Below, piece by piece: positions 8,753 to 17,925 of a DNA stretch of 34,314 nt (positions are counted from its first letter, which is position 1; each line of letters begins with the position of its first letter). The position numbers were made by a program, and so were the translations under genes. Location: NCBI GenBank assembly GCA_964399665.1, contig CAYNSI010000002.1, positions 1 to 34,314 on the forward strand, written 5' to 3'. Source of the stretch: an uncultured Enterobacterales bacterium (GTDB lineage Bacteria; Pseudomonadota; Gammaproteobacteria; Enterobacterales; Succinivibrionaceae). A model generated the notes under the pieces. It did not search any database. It saw only the letters and a program-made list of their open reading frames with translations, and was not told the DNA's origin.

Positions 8753-9712
8753 TCACTTAAGCTTTCTTGCTATATAGGCTAAGGTTGCAGCTACAGGAGC
8801 CCAGGCAATTGCTGCTGCCTGATTAAAACCGCTCCTGCCTTCCATAACTGCACCGCCGCCTCCTGCAACCAATCCTGCAGCCAGGGCAGGCAGCGATCTT
8901 GTCATCGCAAAAAACAACATCACCACAAACAGCATCAAAAGCATGTCATTTAGGGTATAGGAGCCGCTGTAATTGACCACCCAGGTGTGGACATTGGTGA
9001 TAGTACTCATGCCGCTGGTGCACACTAAAATCATCACCATAAGCTGCATTCCCAATGACAGGAGCAGCCTTAGGTAATTAACCGCAAAGGGTCTGGTATA
9101 GACAAAGGCGCCAAATCCTAATACCACAATTCCTGCCACGCACAGAATATAGGCTGACAAATAAAGAATGGCATAATTGATAACGCAAAGAAAAAGCAGT
9201 ATCGACACAAATACCTGCAGCAGCAAAAACAGCAGATCATCGGCAAAACTGCCGCCTCCTTTGACGCGGGATAAGTCATTATTAAGTGACATGACCTTAT
9301 TTAAAAGATCCACGGGGGTAATGGGATTGCTGCCTTCGGGAAGTTCCATTAGGGACTCAATAACCGCAATGCCTATTTCAGAACCGTGGGACAGGAGAAA
9401 CTCAAAGATGCCTATGATGACCACCATTTGTACAAATGCCCCGAAGAAGGTCTGTATACTGCCGTCTTCCTTAAAGATAAGCTCCACCCCCTTTAAGGCA
9501 AGACCAATAAGGCACAGACCCCAAAAAAGGCGGGAGGCTGCCGTGGTCAGGCGGCTTTCCATGGTTCTTGCTTCACTGACAAAGCTTTGAAAGGAATATC
9601 TGAGCATTTGCTCTACATCATCGGCAAAATAACTGGTTTCAGCCATTGCCGCTGTGCTCAGCACACCTAAGCAGATGATAAGTACCGCGCCTGTGACAGT
9701 CCAAAATCTCAT
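8753..9712 (-). CDS. trbL: T4SS inner-membrane channel protein TrbL/VirB6 family
   Basis: 319 aa. Signal-like N-terminus followed by multiple TM segments. Last gene of the trb operon. Its ATG overlaps the trbJ stop (ATGA). Confidence 0.75.
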   Translation of the reverse strand: MRFWTVTGAVLIICLGVLSTAAMAETSYFADDVEQMLRYSFQSFVSEARTMESRLTTAASRLFWGLCLIGLALKGVELIFKEDGSIQTFFGAFVQMVVIIGIFEFLLSHGSEIGIAVIESLMELPEGSNPITPVDLLNKVMSLNNDLSRVKGGGSFADDLLFLLLQVFVSILLFLCVINYAILYLSAYILCVAGIVVLGFGAFVYTRPFAVNYLRLLLSLGMQLMVMILVCTSGMSTITNVHTWVVNYSGSYTLNDMLLMLFVVMLFFAMTRSLPALAAGLVAGGGGAVMEGRSGFNQAAAIAWAPVAATLAYIARKLK

Positions 9713-10533
9713 AGACTCCCGTCCTTCCAGGCCTGCAGATCAAAGCTGAAACTCTGCTGATAGGGTACTTCATCCTTGTAGGAAGCTTCCTGCCTTTCTG
9801 CTTTCTGCAGATTATCGTTGGAAGTTCTTGCCATCTTGGTGCCCAAAAGAGTAATGAGCTGATTTACCTGGGTATTCAAGTCCATTATCGAATTTAGGGT
9901 CATGGCATTTATTTTGGCAAGATTATCCAGGGTATCTCCTATGCCTTCTGAGCTTTGGGACTTGTTCATCATGGATTTGATGAAATCGGCATCCTGCTTC
10001 ATTTTAGACTGCATGGCATCAGCATTCTGCATGGCGGTGCGTGAAGTCGCAATGGCATTGTTGTCCAGGGTCTTAAGGTAGGAGGCAAAATCGCATCTGC
10101 CGCTTGAAAAACATGTAGCCCAGGCCGATGATTTTTGAAAGGATGACAGATAAGATGACAGCGAGCCTGCTTCTGACCAGAGATCTGCTGCTGCACTTAC
10201 CAAAGTTAAGGTGCGCTCGGTAACCGACTTGGTGTCATCCCACAAGGTAAGATTCGGCATTGAGGCATTCTTTTTGGCAAGGCTGAAGCGATCCTGATTA
10301 AGCGAATAATTATTCTTAATATTGGTAAGTTGATTTATCTGGGTATTGTTATCTTCAAGCCACTGCTGCATGGAAAGGATCCGCATCGTAAGATTTTCAG
10401 CAAGATTGGAGCCGTCAATAACAGGAAGCCCTGCCGATGCCTCCTGCACAGGTAATATTAAGGCCAAAGAGGCTGCCAAAACTGCCGCAGCATATCTTCC
10501 GGTATTCTTGATATTTTTAAGTGCTAACAACAT
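9709..10533 (-). CDS. trbJ: T4SS TrbJ/VirB5-like periplasmic/minor pilus protein
   Basis: 274 aa. Signal peptide then GLPVIDGSNLAENL, followed by Q/N-rich coiled-coil sequence typical of TrbJ. AAGGAGGAG RBS. Sits between trbI and trbL as in IncP Tra2. Confidence 0.7.
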   Translation of the reverse strand: MLLALKNIKNTGRYAAAVLAASLALILPVQEASAGLPVIDGSNLAENLTMRILSMQQWLEDNNTQINQLTNIKNNYSLNQDRFSLAKKNASMPNLTLWDDTKSVTERTLTLVSAAADLWSEAGSLSSYLSSFQKSSAWATCFSSGRCDFASYLKTLDNNAIATSRTAMQNADAMQSKMKQDADFIKSMMNKSQSSEGIGDTLDNLAKINAMTLNSIMDLNTQVNQLITLLGTKMARTSNDNLQKAERQEASYKDEVPYQQSFSFDLQAWKDGSL

Positions 10534-10551
10534 TAATGCTCCTCCTTGACT

Positions 10552-11838
10552 TTAAGAGAAAGGATCCTGATAAGGGCCCTTAAAGCGTATATCTTTTGCC
10601 ACCACCACATTGAACAGGTACCCGGGCTCCACTTTGAGGGTCGGGGAGATATTCATGTTCTGCTCGATGACGCGGGTTAACACGTTGCCTAAACTTACCC
10701 CAAGCCCCTGGGATAAAGCCTGGGAGGCTGAAACACCGTCGCTGTCATATCTGTTGCTGTCGGTTGCAAGAGTAACGGATGCTGTGATCCCGCCTAAAAT
10801 GACGGCATTGGTCAACAGCCTGAACATATGGTTGTCAACATCAGCATCAAAACCTGAATACCCGTCCATGGCAGCCCCGGGCATAGATCCTAAGGTAAGG
10901 GCAGATCCATCAGGATAAATGACCCTGTTAAATCCGAGCATGACACGCTCCTGGCCTATTTTGGGAGAAGAGCCGTACTGGCCTATAAGACGGGAGCCTT
11001 TGGGAATTAGGAGGTGATTGCCCATAGCGGAATCATAGACATTCTCAATGACCTGGGCTATGACAAGCCCCGGAAGATCCGAGTTAATTCCGCTTACCAA
11101 CACCGCGGGGATCACAGCCCCCATCCTGATCATAAAGGGAGTATCAGCAGCCTCAACAGTGTAAGGATGGGCAAAATCACTGCCCTGATCTAATGAATTG
11201 TAGGCAGACAAAGTCTTGGAGCTTGATACAAAAGAGCCGCCGCTTCCTGAACCAAAGCCTGAAGAAGTATCGGAAAGATTGTTTAAATTCGCAACGGCCG
11301 AGCGCAGCTGACTTTGCTGATAAGATCTAAAATCTCCTGAGGCTCTGTTGTCAGGATCTAAAGTTTCGCTCCTTTTGTCATAAGAATTTGCCTCCACCAG
11401 GGTCAATGACACCCTCGAACCTGACTCCAGGGCCCTGAAAAAGGCAGTTTCCCGGTTGCGCGATAGTCTCTTGCGGTATTCCTCAAGAGGATCGCTTTTA
11501 TCATCAAGTCTTTGATATATTTCAAAGGCCTTATCGTTATCAGACGGGGGCTCTTCAATTACAGGCATGGTAATTAGCGGTTCAGGGATCTCAAATGCTG
11601 CCTCAATGTTCTCCTCTTTGACAGGTTTTAAGCTGCGCTGCATTCTTTCAATTTCATCGGCAGCCTTTCCCAATCCCTCATCATAGGTGACGGCCTCTTT
11701 TCTATCCTTATTATCAGAGGCTCTGCTGTCTACGGCAAACCAGGCAAGTGCTACCAGGATCACAGAGAAAATAATGATTAATATTGCAGGGGTGCGCGTT
11801 AACCTGCCTCGTAGCGGCCGGAAATTTCTAGACTCCAT
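10552..11838 (-). CDS. trbI: T4SS TrbI/VirB10 family protein
   Basis: 428 aa. Single N-terminal TM, acidic/Pro-containing linker and a conserved C-terminal VirB10 domain (GYSGFDADVDNHMFRLL...). GGGGAGG RBS. Overlaps the upstream lipoprotein gene by 11 nt. Confidence 0.85.
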   Translation of the reverse strand: MESRNFRPLRGRLTRTPAILIIIFSVILVALAWFAVDSRASDNKDRKEAVTYDEGLGKAADEIERMQRSLKPVKEENIEAAFEIPEPLITMPVIEEPPSDNDKAFEIYQRLDDKSDPLEEYRKRLSRNRETAFFRALESGSRVSLTLVEANSYDKRSETLDPDNRASGDFRSYQQSQLRSAVANLNNLSDTSSGFGSGSGGSFVSSSKTLSAYNSLDQGSDFAHPYTVEAADTPFMIRMGAVIPAVLVSGINSDLPGLVIAQVIENVYDSAMGNHLLIPKGSRLIGQYGSSPKIGQERVMLGFNRVIYPDGSALTLGSMPGAAMDGYSGFDADVDNHMFRLLTNAVILGGITASVTLATDSNRYDSDGVSASQALSQGLGVSLGNVLTRVIEQNMNISPTLKVEPGYLFNVVVAKDIRFKGPYQDPFS

Positions 11839-12316
11839 CTTTTACCTCCCCTGACATTAAGGATATAGGAGACAATGAAGTACCTGAGATCCTAAAAGTC
11901 TGCGCCAAATGCAGTTTTACGGTGTCTATTTGCGCCAGGATTTCTGAAGATTGAAGACTGTCAACGGATACGGTAATAGTATCCCCGCTGCACTGTTCAA
12001 TACTTTGGCATACCATAGCCCCCTTTGCCTTAAGGGAACTTTCAAGCTCTGTTTTCAAAAGATCTTCTTTGGGATCTTCCTTTTTGAAAGTTTCCAAAAG
12101 AAAGGTGGTTTTAGGCAGAGTATAGTAATGCTCCAAAGCCTCAGTAAAATTGGCAGCTGCATTCTCATAGGAGATCTGCTCTACCCTCTCTTCACTGCCA
12201 AAGCCGGCCTGAAGTTTGTCAAAGGCCGTACATGAACTTAAAACAATGACGCCAAAGGCAGCCCAAACTGTAGGAATGATAAATTTCATGCTGTTTTTCC
12301 CAAAAGGTAATGTCAT
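11828..12316 (-). CDS. Putative T4SS lipoprotein in the TrbH / VirB7 position
   Basis: 162 aa. Lipobox VLSSC after a hydrophobic signal. Size and position match IncP TrbH. I recognise no family-level sequence motif. Its ATG overlaps the trbG stop (TAATG); an alternative start is the ATG at 12289. Confidence 0.5.
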   Translation of the reverse strand: MTLPFGKNSMKFIIPTVWAAFGVIVLSSCTAFDKLQAGFGSEERVEQISYENAAANFTEALEHYYTLPKTTFLLETFKKEDPKEDLLKTELESSLKAKGAMVCQSIEQCSGDTITVSVDSLQSSEILAQIDTVKLHLAQTFRISGTSLSPISLMSGEVKDGV

Positions 12317-13236
12317 TACGCCTTCTCCCTGATTATGGAAACTTCAAGGCTGTCAGAGCCGCTGCCTAAGATAAGTTTGGCTCTGTCAAACAGGCTGTCG
12401 ACAATAAAACGCCGCCCCTGAATGCGGTAATTGGCAATTGAGGTCTTGTCAGAACCAAAAAATGAAGTGTCGTGCACTATCACAATGGCAGGCATTCTGC
12501 CTCCTGGCAGATCTTCAGGCATCTCCACTATGGTGTGTTTGCCGTCATTAAATACCCGAACCGGCATCAAGGCCTTGTCGCCTTTTAATTCATAGGCAAA
12601 GTCAAGCTTGTCTACGGTAACTTCGGTACCTGCAATGGTTTTTTTGTCCTGTTCTTGACGCTTTAAATCAGCAAGCTTTGCAAGTCTTTCCTTGGCAAGC
12701 CCGGGGTAGGCAAAGCGCACCTGGGGCATGAATTCATCTTCGGTGGACTTTAAAGACATGTGATAGACCCTTTTGTCAGTAGTAACTATCAAAGAAGTCC
12801 TAAGTCCGCTGTCAAGAGGCTTTACGATAAGATGCTGCACACTGTCAGAACCGCTTCCTGAGATAGCAGCGTCTACAAACCAGCGGGCCGTGTCCCCCAA
12901 CTGAACCGAACTTATGATTTCCCCAGGCTCCATGGCAATATCGGTAAGTTCAAGTACTGCACATACGATGACAGGACGTGAAGCTCCATGCGTAAAAATC
13001 ACCTCCCCTGGCCCTGTGACCTGACCCCTGCCGCCCTGCTTTAAGGTTCTTTGATCCAGGGTTAACAGATCCAGCAGGGCCTTTTTGTCAGCTGCGCTTA
13101 AGTAGTTTTCTGATGACTGTCCCTTAAAATCCTCAAGGGCACTGTCTGCATAAGTTTCCGGTAAATACACGGCTGATGCAGCGACAACTGACACTGCAAA
13201 ACCAAAATTTGCCAGCATATAGGCTTTATTAGACAT
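12316..13236 (-). CDS. trbG: T4SS TrbG/VirB9 (CagX-like) outer-membrane core protein
   Basis: 306 aa. Signal peptide. C-terminal motif LMPVRVFNDGKHTIVEMP is typical of TrbG/VirB9. Overlaps trbF by 8 nt. Confidence 0.8.
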   Translation of the reverse strand: MSNKAYMLANFGFAVSVVAASAVYLPETYADSALEDFKGQSSENYLSAADKKALLDLLTLDQRTLKQGGRGQVTGPGEVIFTHGASRPVIVCAVLELTDIAMEPGEIISSVQLGDTARWFVDAAISGSGSDSVQHLIVKPLDSGLRTSLIVTTDKRVYHMSLKSTEDEFMPQVRFAYPGLAKERLAKLADLKRQEQDKKTIAGTEVTVDKLDFAYELKGDKALMPVRVFNDGKHTIVEMPEDLPGGRMPAIVIVHDTSFFGSDKTSIANYRIQGRRFIVDSLFDRAKLILGSGSDSLEVSIIREKA

Positions 13237-13888
13237 TGGTAATTACCTCTGAAATCTCAAAATCGGTGACATAAATGGATAAAGGGTTTAAGAGGAGCTT
13301 TTGGGCATCCGGATTGGTAATGTTCTCTATCTGATAGCTGACAAGAGCCCTTTGTTTTTTATCGACACTCCGCCCCCCGGTTATGGTGCGCTCATTCCAG
13401 TCTATCTGCATAGCCTGCCCCTGCTGGGCAATAACATTGGCAATCTGCACCTCGATGCGCTTTTTCTGCCCTTCATCAAAAGGGTTGACCTTTTTATAAA
13501 AGGCATCAAGTTTTTGCTGTGAGGAAGAGCCGTCCTTGACATGGGAATAAACTTTTAAGATGGCCTGCTTTTGAATCATCTGATCTGAGCTTATCTGTCT
13601 AAAATCCTTGATAAATCCTGCCAATGTGGCAGCAATTACCTCCATGGGAACTTCAGGGCTTGGGGCAAGAGTGCCTCCTGCTAAAACCACGCCGTGAGAG
13701 TCAACGGTAACAAGGTAGGGAATAATGTGGGTGCGCTCGACCTGACGAATATAGGCTGATAAGGAAAAGAAACCAAATGATGCCCCCATAAAAGCGAAGG
13801 CAACCAGCAAAGCTCTGCCTTTGAGGACCCTTGATGCCAATGACACAGCCTCAAGCCCTCTGATACTTCTTACAATCTTCTTTGCCAT
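13229..13888 (-). CDS. trbF: T4SS TrbF/VirB8 family protein
   Basis: 219-aa bitopic protein (N-terminal TM plus periplasmic domain). Position after trbE. Its ATG overlaps the trbE stop (TGATG). Confidence 0.75.
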   Translation of the reverse strand: MAKKIVRSIRGLEAVSLASRVLKGRALLVAFAFMGASFGFFSLSAYIRQVERTHIIPYLVTVDSHGVVLAGGTLAPSPEVPMEVIAATLAGFIKDFRQISSDQMIQKQAILKVYSHVKDGSSSQQKLDAFYKKVNPFDEGQKKRIEVQIANVIAQQGQAMQIDWNERTITGGRSVDKKQRALVSYQIENITNPDAQKLLLNPLSIYVTDFEISEVITNV

Positions 13889-16812
13889 CAGGCAGCCTCC
13901 CTTTTCTTGGTGTCAGGGCAGGAGCCTTCAAAGCTGCTGCCTTGTTGAGTTTTGGGACTGTTATAAAAACCGTCCCTGCCGTCTTGTTGCAAACTAGTAT
14001 CAAGCGGCAGGGAACAGGTTTTACGAGCTGTGGGTGATATCTTGTCCAAACTTGTGGCAGCTGCCTTGAGGTTAGAAGATGCCCCGTCCTCTTTTATGCT
14101 GCGATCTTTTATTGAGGATTTAGGTTCATCACAATTTAAGAGAGTGTCATCCTTATTTAAGGCAGCAGGATTGTTAAAAGAACATCTCTTATCTGCTGTA
14201 ATGCTGCCAGATTCTGTCTTTGGCAGCTTAAAAGCCCCGGATGATGCGAAGCTGTTTTCAGATAATAAGTCTTGAGCATCAGGATTAGGTCCCCCGGGAT
14301 TTTCCTGGTGTTCTGACATTAAGGAGCTGTCAGGGCACAGCTTTTCACGGCGTAAATGAAGCCCCAGATCAGGACCGTGTTCTGCGTAAAGACTGTCTAT
14401 CTTGTCTACAATATGATCTCCTGCAAAAGATAACAGCTTAAGCTCCTGGGGCAGCATATTTAACTCAAAAAGGCTGCTGTGGGGGCCTTTTTTAAGAAAG
14501 TATTCCTTCTTAGGCTCAAGCCTTGAAATAATCTCAATCTGCTTTAGATTAAGACCAAGCTTTTCATAAATGGGGGCAAGGATCTCCCCTCCTGCGTCGA
14601 AGTTTGGCAGGAAGATCCTGGTTTTGGCACAGTCCAAAAAGGCCTCAAAATACGTAGTGCGGGAAAGATCGGTCAGCGACTGGGTGGCAAGCACCACAAA
14701 GACATTGTGCTTTCTTAAAGTCTTAAACCATTTGATAAGCTCGGAGGCAAAATAAGGCTCTTCGAGCATAAGCCAGGCCTCGTCTACAATAATGGCCTTG
14801 GGTTTGCCGTCAAAACTTTTTTCAAGCAGTCTAAAAAGGTGCTTTAAAACCGGGATCATAAAACGCTTTGAGGACTCAAAAAGACTTGAACACTCAAATA
14901 CGGTAAGAGGATTTTTAAAATCAGGATTTTTAAAGCCGTCTAATAGAGAGCCGCTGTTTGACTTTACGGTATAGCCTTCAATGGCCTCCTTCAAATGTCT
15001 TGAGGACAAAAGCATGTGCAGATCTGACAAAGAGCGCTTTTGTCCAGGTCGTAAGGATAGAAGCTTCAAAGCCTCAGTAAGCTCTAAGCGCAGTGACGCG
15101 TTAAGCTCGACACTGCAAAGTCTTGCCATGGTTTCTATGTACTCTAAGGCAAACTCCAAATCCTCCGTGGTATCGATGTACTCTAAGGGACAGAAAGAGG
15201 CTTTGTTATTGTCAAAGCGCAAATGCTCACCCTCAAGGGCCCGGGTTAAGGCATAGAATGACCAGCCCTTGTCAAAGGCAAATACCTTGGCATCTTGATA
15301 GCGGAGAAAATTGAGCATAATTTCTCCCAAAAGTACGGATTTGCCGGCCCCTGGCGGTCCAATTACTATGGTATTTCCCAAGTCCCGATCATGAAGATTA
15401 AGATAAAAAAGCCCCCTGCCGCTGCCGCTGTGACATTGGATCAAAGGAGTATTATTTCTGCCTATCATAGGATGGGGACAAATACTTTCCCCAATCCACG
15501 CCTGTGATAAGGGCAGCAAATCCGTTAATACCTCATGATTTACCATGGGACGGCGGACATTTTCCTCAACATGCCCTGGTAAAGAACCCAAAAAGGCCTC
15601 TATGGCATTTACGGTTTCCAGACGACAGGCAAAACCCAAATCTTCTATCCTGCGTACTATGCTGCAGGAGATCTTCTCCAAATTGGCAAAATTCTCATCA
15701 CTGATGCATACCGTGGCACAGTAGGAGCCGAACATGGTATCCCTGGCATCAAGGCGTGCTCTTTCAGCATCCACCTCCTGCACTTTTTCAACGGCATTTA
15801 AATTAAGCCTTCCGTTGAGGTTAAAAAGCTGGGCGATAAGTCCGCGCTGGCGCTGCAGCCAGAACCTGCGGTAACGCTCAAGCAAAAAGGCACTTTTAAA
15901 ATCGTCAAAGGTAAGATACCTGGTGGTAAAACGGTATTCACAGGAAAGAGAAGCCAGGGCGTTTAACACCAAAAAGTTTAATTTTGCCGGGATCCCCTCA
16001 ATGGCTATCACCGCGCAGTACATTCTGCCTATTTTGGGAGTAAAAGACACCTCCAAATCCTGAGCGGCAATTACGGCATCAAGATAGACGGGATATTCGG
16101 GGCAGACAATCTTCTGGGAAATCCCGCTGTAACAGCGGTAAAGATAGGATAAACCCTCGTGACAGCGCTCGCCGTTTTCTCCCGTGATAAAGCCCAAAGG
16201 CCGTAACTTCATTACCAAGGAGAGGGTATCTGCTATCGTGCGGCACTCCCCTTCAAAGTTTTCAATCAAAGCTGCGCTTTCTTTGATGCCTGACTCAAAG
16301 CTGTAACTGCCCTCCTTTTCAGTCATGATCCTGGTCAATGCCCTTACTGCTGTCTTTTCCCCAAGTTTGGTTAAAGTCAGGTAAAAGCGGGTTTTAAATA
16401 CCGGTTCTTCCTTTAAAAGAGCAGCTTTTTGATTGTCAAAGGAAGCGGTGAGAGATCCTGGATCAGAGGCTTTGGGAAGATAGTCTCTGACAATTGACCG
16501 CAGGGCATCAACATGGACGGCATAATTGCCGCCTAACTTTAAAACGGCTCTTTTAACCATAGTACGCACCTGCAAAAGTCTTGATTCATCCGCTGATCCC
16601 AAATCATCCAGAATGAGCTCATAAATCTTCATAAGACCGCCGTTTTTCAGGACGATTACCTCTTCTGATGCCAATGTGGCGTAATCGAGCAGATCAGCTG
16701 CCGCCCTCTGGGTAACTTTAGGTTTTGCCTTATGGTTAAAAACCACCAATACCGTTACTGCCGCCAGTAAGGATATAAAGGACAAAATAAGAGCAATTTG
16801 AGATAAATACAT
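13888..16812 (-). CDS. trbE: T4SS ATPase TrbE/VirB4 with a ~159-aa non-canonical C-terminal tail
   Basis: 974 aa. N-terminal TM. Walker A GPPGAGKS, Walker B IIVDEAW. CagE/TrbE/VirB4-like throughout residues 1 to about 815. AGGAGAG RBS. Confidence 0.9.
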   Translation of the reverse strand: MYLSQIALILSFISLLAAVTVLVVFNHKAKPKVTQRAAADLLDYATLASEEVIVLKNGGLMKIYELILDDLGSADESRLLQVRTMVKRAVLKLGGNYAVHVDALRSIVRDYLPKASDPGSLTASFDNQKAALLKEEPVFKTRFYLTLTKLGEKTAVRALTRIMTEKEGSYSFESGIKESAALIENFEGECRTIADTLSLVMKLRPLGFITGENGERCHEGLSYLYRCYSGISQKIVCPEYPVYLDAVIAAQDLEVSFTPKIGRMYCAVIAIEGIPAKLNFLVLNALASLSCEYRFTTRYLTFDDFKSAFLLERYRRFWLQRQRGLIAQLFNLNGRLNLNAVEKVQEVDAERARLDARDTMFGSYCATVCISDENFANLEKISCSIVRRIEDLGFACRLETVNAIEAFLGSLPGHVEENVRRPMVNHEVLTDLLPLSQAWIGESICPHPMIGRNNTPLIQCHSGSGRGLFYLNLHDRDLGNTIVIGPPGAGKSVLLGEIMLNFLRYQDAKVFAFDKGWSFYALTRALEGEHLRFDNNKASFCPLEYIDTTEDLEFALEYIETMARLCSVELNASLRLELTEALKLLSLRPGQKRSLSDLHMLLSSRHLKEAIEGYTVKSNSGSLLDGFKNPDFKNPLTVFECSSLFESSKRFMIPVLKHLFRLLEKSFDGKPKAIIVDEAWLMLEEPYFASELIKWFKTLRKHNVFVVLATQSLTDLSRTTYFEAFLDCAKTRIFLPNFDAGGEILAPIYEKLGLNLKQIEIISRLEPKKEYFLKKGPHSSLFELNMLPQELKLLSFAGDHIVDKIDSLYAEHGPDLGLHLRREKLCPDSSLMSEHQENPGGPNPDAQDLLSENSFASSGAFKLPKTESGSITADKRCSFNNPAALNKDDTLLNCDEPKSSIKDRSIKEDGASSNLKAAATSLDKISPTARKTCSLPLDTSLQQDGRDGFYNSPKTQQGSSFEGSCPDTKKREAA

Positions 16813-16820
16813 ACGCTCTC

Positions 16821-17120
16821 CTAGCTGCGGTATTTTTTGAAGGGGACCGAATACAAGGTAGCCTGCGCTCTGTAAAAGCTGCGGTATTTAAGCTGCCTTA
16901 CATATACGTGCCTTAACTTAAGATCCCGGCGCGCCATCATCCTCAAGGCTGTCATACCCGTGATAAAAGCCCCAAGACTAATAAAGCCTATGAGAAGATC
17001 CGCAGAACTTACCGCAAGACCGACACAAAAAAATGCCAAGGTCATGGAAAGTTCCCGATCGCACCCCAAAAAGGTTTGCGGCTCCAGCACAGCCTTGCAT
17101 ACGATAGTTTCAGGCAGCAT
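16821..17120 (-). CDS. trbD: T4SS TrbD/VirB3 family small membrane protein
   Basis: About 99 aa with a central hydrophobic hairpin, between trbC and trbE. I prefer the ATG at 17120; the ORF track uses the TTG at 17126, which overlaps the trbC stop. Confidence 0.7.
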   Translation of the reverse strand: MLPETIVCKAVLEPQTFLGCDRELSMTLAFFCVGLAVSSADLLIGFISLGAFITGMTALRMMARRDLKLRHVYVRQLKYRSFYRAQATLYSVPFKKYRS

Positions 17121-17122
17121 AA

Positions 17123-17830
17123 TCAAACTTCAAGCTCTTTAATGGATTTAAGCTGACGGACTGAGGATTTGTAGGAGCTCCGATAAACCCCAGGAGTGCC
17201 TGCCACATCATGTTCCAGATCCTCTGCCCATAGGTCTTTTTTATCAGCACGTTGCGGCAGGTAATTTGCAAATTCAGCAAAGCTTTGGGCTTCATACCCA
17301 AACATTGGGTTCTTGATACTTAAAATTCTGCCTTGAAGCCTGTTTGACCCGCTTTTAGGATAAGAGTAGGCCAAAGCCTGATACTCATCTTCAAAATCCT
17401 GATAACTGAGCCTTTGATGCAGGGTTCTTGTAAACCTAAGATCAGAGCCGACCACATTAGGAGCAAAATTCTTAGGATAGGAACTTTCGGTCTGCGCTGT
17501 CAGGCCGATGCTGGCGCCGTTGAAAAACCTCGTCATCAGTGAGTTTGCTCCTATCAAAAGAGTCATTACCAGCACTATGAAGATAAGAGACTGCATAAAA
17601 CGGCCTATTTCCCCTCCTGATAAGATCAGGGTAGCCCCGCAGGTTACAATCCCTATCATGGCAACGGAAAAAGCCACGGGACCTGTTAGGGATTGCTGCA
17701 AAGTCTGCAGCCAGCTTTCATAAGGAAGCGTGCCGCTGCTGCTTTCAGAGGCAAAAGCCGTACTAAACAGCATTACAGCCCCCGTCAACAAAAACAGAGT
17801 CAAAATCTGAAATTTTTTGGTTGCGCTCAT
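17123..17830 (-). CDS. trbC: TrbC/VirB2-type pilin precursor with a ~130-aa C-terminal extension
   Basis: Start set to the ATG at 17830 (MSATKKFQ..., GGAGG RBS). Signal peptide ends AFA. Two hydrophobic helices (PVAFSVAMIGIVTCGATLIL and SLIFIVLVMTLLIG) resemble TrbC. A long hydrophilic tail follows. Confidence 0.65.
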   Translation of the reverse strand: MSATKKFQILTLFLLTGAVMLFSTAFASESSSGTLPYESWLQTLQQSLTGPVAFSVAMIGIVTCGATLILSGGEIGRFMQSLIFIVLVMTLLIGANSLMTRFFNGASIGLTAQTESSYPKNFAPNVVGSDLRFTRTLHQRLSYQDFEDEYQALAYSYPKSGSNRLQGRILSIKNPMFGYEAQSFAEFANYLPQRADKKDLWAEDLEHDVAGTPGVYRSSYKSSVRQLKSIKELEV

Positions 17831-17925
17831 AAAACCTCCACAAATTAACTTAAGTTTCCAATCAGGCATAAAATGCCAGGACTTCTTTATTAATCATGCA
17901 AACTGTGCTGCCACCTCCTTACCCT

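Noticed and set aside
14030-15704. A chain of plus-strand 60-91-aa ORFs inside trbE (14030..14275, 14570..14755, 14792..14974, 14981..15256, 15123..15314, 15295..15507, 15504..15704).
   Set aside because: They are antisense to an intact 974-aa VirB4 gene with clear ATPase motifs. Their translations are low-complexity K/S/R-rich, with no start context.
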